DNA of 32,000 nt, taken from positions 3,330,001 through 3,362,000 of the forward strand of contig NZ_CP074694.1 of assembly GCF_018398935.1 (NCBI RefSeq), in the 5' to 3' direction. The DNA comes from Telmatocola sphagniphila (GTDB lineage Bacteria; Planctomycetota; Planctomycetia; Gemmatales; Gemmataceae). The notes under the pieces were generated by a model. It saw nothing but the letters and a program-made list of their open reading frames with translations. It ran no database searches and had not been told where the DNA came from. A program made the translations under genes and the position numbers. Shown piece after piece: positions 18,407 through 24,823 of this stretch (the first letter of the stretch is position 1; every line of letters begins with the position of its first letter).

Positions 18407-19273
18407 TCAGGCTGCCATCGCAGAGGGCCGAACGGGTTGGAAACCCGCTTGAGTAAATGCATCTCTAAAAGACGGGGCTTTCAGAAGAAGATGTTCACGC
18501 GTCCTGCGTACCAATCCGTCTTCTGCACAGTCCCGATTCAACAGCGTTTCATCGCGAAAACCGGGATGACAACAGATCTCCAGGCTGCCATCCGGTCCGA
18601 CATGTTCGAACCAGCGTACCCAGAATTCATCGTCATTCACGTGCGCGGGATCGGTCACTCCCGCAATCCAATCGCAACCCGGATAGCCAATCGAAGAAGC
18701 CCGCCGAGCAACCCTTCGACCAAACGAGGCCAGTACCGCACGCTTGACCCGAGCTCCGGGAACCCGCATCAAAGATGTCCCATGCTCTACGACTCGGCGA
18801 ATGTAAGGCCTCGGATTCTGATCCTTCAGCACCTCGAATAGAACGGCGTCGATATTCGGAAAGATCGTTACGTGCTGATGGCTGTTCACCACTCGCGGTA
18901 CGTAGCCCATCAATTCCTGAAATCGATCGTACTGAGCCTTAAGTTCCCGATACACCTCTGCCATATTGATCAGGCCCAGCGACAACTTCCCCAGAAACAC
19001 TGATAAGGGCCAGAACGAACCGTCCTTTCGTACCAGCGTGGGAACGTGTTCTGCCAGACTTACTGGCGAGTCTAACGTGAGATTGGGATGCCAGCCGAGA
19101 TCGACTTCGGGCGCGGTATCAATCCACTCCGCGGCGGCTGCCGCCGCAAAGGGAGTGTTGACAATCATAACGCTGCCCGTGATAATCCGCAGACAGGCCA
19201 GTTCCAGGATGCCACGGGAGGTCGCAGGTCCCATCCCGTAATCATCGGCCACAATCGTTAGAGCTCGCTGCAT
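18407..19273 (-). CDS. YdjC/ChbG/HpnK-family carbohydrate deacetylase
   Basis: The N-terminal metal-binding motif is LTIVADDYGMGPATSRGILEL. Further family motifs are DLGWHPNLT, VVNSHQHVTIFP and EICCHPG. Its stop lies 23 nt upstream of the GT2 start on the same strand, so the two are probably an operon. Confidence 0.85.
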   Translation of the reverse strand: MQRALTIVADDYGMGPATSRGILELACLRIITGSVMIVNTPFAAAAAAEWIDTAPEVDLGWHPNLTLDSPVSLAEHVPTLVRKDGSFWPLSVFLGKLSLGLINMAEVYRELKAQYDRFQELMGYVPRVVNSHQHVTIFPNIDAVLFEVLKDQNPRPYIRRVVEHGTSLMRVPGARVKRAVLASFGRRVARRASSIGYPGCDWIAGVTDPAHVNDDEFWVRWFEHVGPDGSLEICCHPGFRDETLLNRDCAEDGLVRRTREHLLLKAPSFRDAFTQAGFQPVRPSAMAA

Positions 19274-19422
19274 AGATCCTCTGCCCAGAATTTTAATTTC
19301 AAGAGGTTAGATCGGACGCCCAAGCTTGTCAATCCAGCGTATTCTGAACGAATGGGGATTCCAGGGCGTTTATAAAAACCAACTAATAAATTGGTAAAAT
19401 GCTCCGATTTTACCACCTGAAT

Positions 19423-20559
19423 ATGAATAAAATTTTATACGATGCGGCGATTATCGGACTGGGCGCCATGGGGTTGGCTACGGCAGGCGAATTATCGCGT
19501 CGGGGTCTCAAAGTCATCGGGATGGAACAATTTACAATCCCTAACGACCAGGGTAGCTCGCACGGCAAAACCCGTATTATCCGTAAAGCTTACTACGAAC
19601 ACCCGGATTACGTTCCCCTAGCCGACCGAGCATTTCATCTCTGGCGCGATCTCGAACGGGAGTCCAGCCAATCGCTTTTACTCGATTCGCACTGTCTGAG
19701 CATTGGTCCGAATGGTAGTTCCGTAGTAGAAGGAGTTCGTGAATCCTGCCGCGAACATCATCTCCCGATCGAATCTCTCTCGTCGGGTCAACTTCAGCAA
19801 CGTTATCCTGCGTTCCAGTTCGATAGCCGTTTTGAAGCGGTGGCGGAAATGGATGCGGGCATTCTTCGAGTTGAAGAGTGTCTGATAGCTCTGGCGAATT
19901 CGGCTCGCAAAATGGGCGCCGATCTTCATGAGAATGAAACGGTCAAAAGTTGGGAGCGGGTGGGTCCTCAAATCCTCATTCAGACGAATCGAGGCGAATA
20001 TCGCGTTAAGAAGTTGATCCTCACGGCGGGCCCCTGGTCTAGCTCGGTGCTGAAAAAACTTGCCATTCCGCTCAAGCTCATGCGTCAGACAACCACCTGG
20101 TTGAAAACGGGAACGCTACCTGGCCTTGAAAGAGGGGAATTTCCGATCTTTCTAGCCGATACACCCACCGGTTGCTTTTATGGCATTCCCTCGATTTCCG
20201 GTCAGGGACTGAAAATCGCCCAGCACTATGGGGCACCCGAAGTGAATAGCCCAGAGGAGATTGAGCGAGAATATTCCGCAGCGGACGCCGTTCCGGTTCG
20301 CGATTTTCTGAAGAGTTATCTGCCTCATGTGAATTGCGAAATTGCGGAAGGGACAGTCTGCATCTATACGCTTTCACCCGATCGACATTTCATTATTGAT
20401 CGCTATCCTACGGATGAGGATGTTTGCTTTGCCGCGGGATTTTCCGGGCACGGGTTCAAATTCGCTCCCGTGATCGGGGAGCTTCTCGCCGATCTCGTTG
20501 AGGCGAAAGATTTCCGCTTTAAAACCGATCTTTTCCAATTAGCTCGTTTTAAAAAATAG
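19423..20559 (+). CDS. solA: Monomeric sarcosine oxidase / N-methyl-L-tryptophan oxidase family flavoprotein
   Basis: The Rossmann N-terminus is MNKILYDAAIIGLGAMGLATAGELSRRGLKV. GSSHGKTRIIRKAYYEHPDYVPL matches the MSOX/MTOX signature. FSGHGFKFAPVIGE lies near the C-terminus. An alternative in-frame ATG at 19399 would add 8 residues. Confidence 0.75.
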   Translation: MNKILYDAAIIGLGAMGLATAGELSRRGLKVIGMEQFTIPNDQGSSHGKTRIIRKAYYEHPDYVPLADRAFHLWRDLERESSQSLLLDSHCLSIGPNGSSVVEGVRESCREHHLPIESLSSGQLQQRYPAFQFDSRFEAVAEMDAGILRVEECLIALANSARKMGADLHENETVKSWERVGPQILIQTNRGEYRVKKLILTAGPWSSSVLKKLAIPLKLMRQTTTWLKTGTLPGLERGEFPIFLADTPTGCFYGIPSISGQGLKIAQHYGAPEVNSPEEIEREYSAADAVPVRDFLKSYLPHVNCEIAEGTVCIYTLSPDRHFIIDRYPTDEDVCFAAGFSGHGFKFAPVIGELLADLVEAKDFRFKTDLFQLARFKK

Positions 20560-20571
20560 CTTCGACGCCTA

Positions 20572-21201
20572 TCAGTTGGAATACTCCGGCGCTTCACAGC
20601 CCTGCTTCTGGAGTTCCGGTTGGACCACATCTTTCCAGCAATTCGGGCAGATGCTGTGGCTGAATTTCGCTTCGGAATGTTCCTTGAAGTAGGCTTCCAC
20701 GCGATGCCAGTAGTTATGATCGTCTCGTATGCTTTTGCAATAAGAACAGATGGGGAGCAACCCCTGGAGTTGTTTCACCTTGGCGAGTGCGTTTTCCAGC
20801 TCTTTGACGCGTTCGAATAACTCGGCCTGCAGATTGACCATTCTCGCGCCGACGCTGACTCGGGCCAGCAATTCCTCTTTATCGAACGGCTTGGTCACAT
20901 AGTCGTTCGCTCCCGCTTTGAGACCCCGGAGAATGTACTCTTTACTCCCCCGGGAGGTGAGCAGGATGATGTAGACTCCGGGAAGCTTGGGTTCCTGACG
21001 AATGCGCTGACAGACTTCTATGCCGTCCATTTCTGACATCAGCCAATCCAGCACCACCAGTTGCGGCGGGTTTTCTCCCTTGAGAATTTCCCAGGCTTCC
21101 GTTCCATCAGTCGTAGATGTTACTTCATAGCCGCCGCGCGTCAGCATCGTTTCCAGTTCAATTCGGGAAACGTCGTCGTCATCCGCGATCAAGACACGCA
21201 T
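20572..21201 (-). CDS. Response regulator: receiver domain, coiled-coil linker and a C-terminal Cys/His-rich (CxxC...H...CxxC) domain
   Basis: The REC domain reads MRVLIADDDDVSRIELE...LVVLDWLMSEMDG...DYVTKPF. The C-terminus reads LLPICSYCKSIRDDHNYWHRVEAYFKEHSEAKFSHSICPNCW. A strong SD (GGAAGGAGG) precedes the ATG at 21201. The start overlaps the upstream kinase gene by 13 nt. Confidence 0.9.
   Translation of the reverse strand: MRVLIADDDDVSRIELETMLTRGGYEVTSTTDGTEAWEILKGENPPQLVVLDWLMSEMDGIEVCQRIRQEPKLPGVYIILLTSRGSKEYILRGLKAGANDYVTKPFDKEELLARVSVGARMVNLQAELFERVKELENALAKVKQLQGLLPICSYCKSIRDDHNYWHRVEAYFKEHSEAKFSHSICPNCWKDVVQPELQKQGCEAPEYSN
20632..20763 (-). other. Cys/His-rich putative metal-binding output module of the response regulator (residues about 147-190)
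   Basis: Candidate ligands are C152, C155, H162, H166, H175, H182, C185 and C188 in the stretch LPICSYCKSIRDDHNYWHRVEAYFKEHSEAKFSHSICPNCWK. I see no helix-turn-helix or enzymatic motif. Confidence 0.6.
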
Positions 21202-23903
21202 GGGGTGCCTCCTTCCACAAATTCCTTCAATGCCGTCTCCAGCCGAGCCACTTCCGCTTCCAGAACCTTATAAGTCTCCGAAGCTTCAGAAAAATTGGCA
21301 TTTCGACCCATTATTTCCAACCGGCTGGCCAGTTCCGTGGCTAACCCCGCAGAAAACCCTGCCATTGAGCCTTTGAGTTTATGCGCTTTCCGTTCCAGGG
21401 AATCCGCATCCCGAACGAGGCAGGCCTTCTCGAGTTCGGGTAGAAGCTTTCCCGACTGCTTAATGAAGGATAGAACCATTTTTTCTAAAAGTTCGCGATC
21501 TCCCTCAACTCGCTCCAACAGCCGGACCGGATCAAAGATTGCGGTCGCCGTGCTAGCGCCCTCTAACGTTGTTTCTTCCGCCTCGATTTCCGGTATTTCG
21601 GGCAAAAAGCGGTCGAGCGTTTCAAAAAATTCCTTCACTCGCAATGGCTTGGAGATATACCCATCCATTCCCGCTTGCAGACAGCGTTCTTTGTCTCCTT
21701 TCATGGCGTGGGCTGTGAGAGCCAGAATGGGAACGCGTCCGTTCTTGTCCTTATCCCATTCGCGAATTTTCGCCGTGGCCGCGAACCCATCCATTTCCGG
21801 CATCTGGACATCCATCAGGACCAGGTCGAACTTGTGGCGGGTGTAGACCTGTAATGCTTCCCGGCCATTATTGGTTACATGAACCTTGTGACCCCGTTTT
21901 TCGAGTAAGCGCAAGGCCAGCATCTGGTTGACTTCATTATCGTCGGCCAGCAAAATGCGCCGGCCCGATTTGGATGAGAGACTCGCAATCGCCTTGCTGT
22001 CAGGCCGAACGCGGGTCGATTTCCCATTGCGATAATACGTGCTGCCCCGACGTTCGATGCTATCGGACAGTTCGAAATGCACGTCGAAGAAGAAGGTGCT
22101 CCCCTTACCCACTTCGCTCTTGACTTTCAGTTCCCCGGCGAGCAGTTCCACCAGTTGAGCGGATATAGCCAGCCCCAGTCCGGTACCTCCAAATCGTCGT
22201 GTGGTCGAACTGTCGGCTTGAGTGAAGGCTTCGAATATGAGCGGAAGCTTGTCTTCGGATATTCCGATTCCTGTATCCTCCACACTTACCGCAAGGCAGA
22301 CATCCGTCTCTGTCATGGCCTTGAGTGTGACGTGAACGACAACCCGGCCTTTCTCGGTGAACTTAATCGCATTACCAACCAGGTTGGTTATGATTTGCCG
22401 GAAGCGAAGGGGATCACCCAGCAAATTGTCGGGAACGTCCTCGCTGATCTCGCCCTGAAGAACCAGTCCCTTGGTGTCCGCACGGACCTTCATCACTTTC
22501 AGGGTGTCGTGAATATTATGCCGGAGCGAAAAGGCGATACAGTCCAGATCCAATTTTCCGGCTTCGATCTTGGAAAAATCGAGAATATCATCGATCAGTC
22601 GCAACAGCGCATCTGCCGAGGACTTCACCGTCAGCAGGTAATCTCGCTGCTCCCGCGTCAGGTCGCTGTCCAACGCCAATTCGGTCATCCCCAGGATACC
22701 GTTCATCGGGGTTCGAATTTCATGGGACATATTGGCCAAAAATTCGCTCTTGGCCTGATTGGCAGCCTCGGCGGCCTGCCGGGCTTTTTGCATCTCCTCA
22801 GCGGCCAGTTTTCGTAAAGTGATGTCCTGAAACTGGTTGATGAAGTATTGAGGACGCCGGTCTTCATCTCGAATGAGCGAGGAATTCAGTTGTACCCAGA
22901 TGAAGTGGCCCTGCTTGTGGATGAATCGCTTTTCCATCTGGTAGGTCGGTATCTCCCCCATCAGGACTTTCTGCACAAACTCTAAATCTTCTGCGAGATC
23001 ATCGGCGTGGGTGATCATCTGAAAATTCATGGCGAGCATTTGCGCCTCGGAGTATCCGAGGATCGCGCAGAGCGCGGAGTTCACATCGAGAAACTTCCCG
23101 TTGAGGGACACCAGTGCCATGCCCACCGCCGCGAAGTCAAAGCCTCCTCGGAAGCGTTCTTCACTTTCTCGCAACTTTTCCGTTGTCTGGCGTAGCGCGT
23201 CGGTCTGCCGCATCAATTGCGCGGTTCGCTGCTGAACGGTCTGTTCGATCCACTCCCCGGCGGTTTCCAATTGGGCCTGTCGCTCGGCCATTGCCCGCAT
23301 TCGCTGGGCGCCGAGAATGCAGGCGGGAATCAGAAACAAATCCTCGAATAAAATCCAGCCGGTGTGTTCCAACCAGCGCCATTGAGAGGGATTTGCGTCA
23401 CCGAAAACCGACAGCGGCCAGTAAGTACCGCGTATGTAGTGATCCAGTGCCACGACCAGCGAGGCGGAAATAATGACTCGCCAATCCCGATAAAAAGCCA
23501 GAAAAGCTAAAGAACCGAAGATGTGAAAATGCGTTTCGAGGCGGCCACCCGTCAGGTGAATCAAAAGGCAGCTCATCATCATTTGAGCGATGCCCATGCA
23601 ATGGCGGGTGATAACTCCACCCGGACTGCACAGGGCCAGCAACATCGGGAAAATCACAATCATACCACCGAGGAAGAGAGCAGCCCAGACGTGAGAGTGA
23701 ACTTCGCTGGCGGCCCCTTTCCAGGTGTAGGGGGAGATCCAGATGGAAGTGACAATGCAGATGAACCATTCCAGCGCCAGGAAGTAGGCGAACCAGCGAT
23801 CTGTTCGACGGAGGTTGACTTGCTCCTGTTCGATATAGAGTCGGTTCGCACGACGTGCGACCTCGTCGTAGGATTCCGATTGCTGAATTTCCGGGTGGGT
23901 CAT
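21189..23903 (-). CDS. Hybrid sensor histidine kinase: 6-TM His-rich N-terminal domain, PAS, HisKA, HATPase_c, REC, Hpt
   Basis: Six hydrophobic segments span residues 36-200. The PAS region reads FRGGFDFAAVGMALVSLNGKFLDVNSALCAILGYS. The H-box is FLANMSHEIRTPMNGILG, with the His codon at 22722-22724. The G-boxes read DTGIGI...RRFGGTGLGLAIS. The receiver reads RILLADDNEVNQ...LVLMDVQMPEMDG. The Hpt motif is ERKAHKLKGSMAGF. Confidence 0.9.
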   Translation of the reverse strand: MTHPEIQQSESYDEVARRANRLYIEQEQVNLRRTDRWFAYFLALEWFICIVTSIWISPYTWKGAASEVHSHVWAALFLGGMIVIFPMLLALCSPGGVITRHCMGIAQMMMSCLLIHLTGGRLETHFHIFGSLAFLAFYRDWRVIISASLVVALDHYIRGTYWPLSVFGDANPSQWRWLEHTGWILFEDLFLIPACILGAQRMRAMAERQAQLETAGEWIEQTVQQRTAQLMRQTDALRQTTEKLRESEERFRGGFDFAAVGMALVSLNGKFLDVNSALCAILGYSEAQMLAMNFQMITHADDLAEDLEFVQKVLMGEIPTYQMEKRFIHKQGHFIWVQLNSSLIRDEDRRPQYFINQFQDITLRKLAAEEMQKARQAAEAANQAKSEFLANMSHEIRTPMNGILGMTELALDSDLTREQRDYLLTVKSSADALLRLIDDILDFSKIEAGKLDLDCIAFSLRHNIHDTLKVMKVRADTKGLVLQGEISEDVPDNLLGDPLRFRQIITNLVGNAIKFTEKGRVVVHVTLKAMTETDVCLAVSVEDTGIGISEDKLPLIFEAFTQADSSTTRRFGGTGLGLAISAQLVELLAGELKVKSEVGKGSTFFFDVHFELSDSIERRGSTYYRNGKSTRVRPDSKAIASLSSKSGRRILLADDNEVNQMLALRLLEKRGHKVHVTNNGREALQVYTRHKFDLVLMDVQMPEMDGFAATAKIREWDKDKNGRVPILALTAHAMKGDKERCLQAGMDGYISKPLRVKEFFETLDRFLPEIPEIEAEETTLEGASTATAIFDPVRLLERVEGDRELLEKMVLSFIKQSGKLLPELEKACLVRDADSLERKAHKLKGSMAGFSAGLATELASRLEIMGRNANFSEASETYKVLEAEVARLETALKEFVEGGTPCVS

Positions 23904-23927
23904 TTTTATCTCGGAATAAAGAATTCG

Positions 23928-24539
23928 TTAATCGAAGAGGCTGCATCCATAGACGGGAGCCAATCGTTCATAATTGAGTTCCCCACTGAGAATGGCCTGA
24001 ATGCTTTGAATGCCGATACAATCCCCACGCTGAGAGGCCGCAGGAGTGATCCCTCCGCTAAAGGCCAAATTTCCCCGAGCGTCGTAAAGCAGTACTTGAC
24101 CCGAGGCTTCCAGGCCAAATTTTTTGGATTCCGTCCCGCCGAGATCGGTAATAACTACAGTTGCATGGATTTCGCGCGCCTCTTCATAAAGTTCCGACTG
24201 TACCCACTCCAGGGGCATACCTGTCGGCTTCAGTACGAGAATGTAGCTCTCGACTTTCTTGCCAGACAATTTCAGTAGTAACTCCAACTCCTTGAGACTC
24301 GCATGCGAGCACTCACAATGCGGATGCAGAGCAAATACCAGTCGAATTTTTCCGGGAGTCGAGTTCAAACTGGTACTGGCCGGCCAGACCGGACTGGCAG
24401 TCCCGACCACCGCTGGGTTCGTGTCCGAATCCCAAAGGCTGGAGAAGCCCAGGACGACGGTCACCATCCACAACAACCCGATTGCTGCGATTATGCTGGT
24501 CCAACCGCTCCAACGCCGACCTCGTGTCATTCCCGGCAT
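23928..24539 (-). CDS. Membrane-anchored thioredoxin-fold protein with a CxC motif (function unknown)
   Basis: I chose the ATG at 24539 (MPGMTRGRRWSGW...) over the TTG at 24545. The N-terminal TM anchor is WTSIIAAIGLLWMVTVVLGF. A beta-strand followed by HPHCECSHASLKELELLL sits where redoxin-fold proteins carry CxxC. A second Cys pair is present (RGDCIG and YGCSLFD). Its stop is 24 nt upstream of the hybrid kinase start. Confidence 0.55.
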   Translation of the reverse strand: MPGMTRGRRWSGWTSIIAAIGLLWMVTVVLGFSSLWDSDTNPAVVGTASPVWPASTSLNSTPGKIRLVFALHPHCECSHASLKELELLLKLSGKKVESYILVLKPTGMPLEWVQSELYEEAREIHATVVITDLGGTESKKFGLEASGQVLLYDARGNLAFSGGITPAASQRGDCIGIQSIQAILSGELNYERLAPVYGCSLFD

Positions 24540-24823
24540 CTTCAAAGACCCCTATTTACGATCTCATCCAACGTAAACTTAGTTCGGGAAGACCCCGTCA
24601 AAGCTAAGGGAATTCCTGATCGCAGCAGGAAGAAGTCCGATCTAAAATTCGTCAATGAGATGAAATATGCGGACACAATGCCAATTTTGGAATTTGGTTA
24701 AAAAGAGATCCGTTTTCACGTTGCTCAGGAATTTGATGAGATATATTTGCAGGAAGTCACAGAGTCCGGTTAGGGGAGCATTCCAAGCGCTTTTTTTCAA
24801 GTACCCGATTAAAGCTCAACCCC

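Noticed and set aside
17385-19273. Interpretation of the GT2 + YdjC pair as hopanoid HpnI/HpnK (bacteriohopanetetrol glucosamine synthesis)
   Set aside because: The GT2 has the DPM1/ArnC-type layout with a C-terminal TM hairpin rather than what I recall of HpnI. No HpnJ radical-SAM or other hpn genes are adjacent. This is kept only as a secondary alternative and needs phylogeny to resolve.
23523-24278. 251-aa plus-strand ORF spanning the kinase start and the Trx-fold gene
   Set aside because: It is antisense to two minus-strand genes that have coherent TM and motif structure, and it crosses their intergenic gap. It has no motifs of its own.
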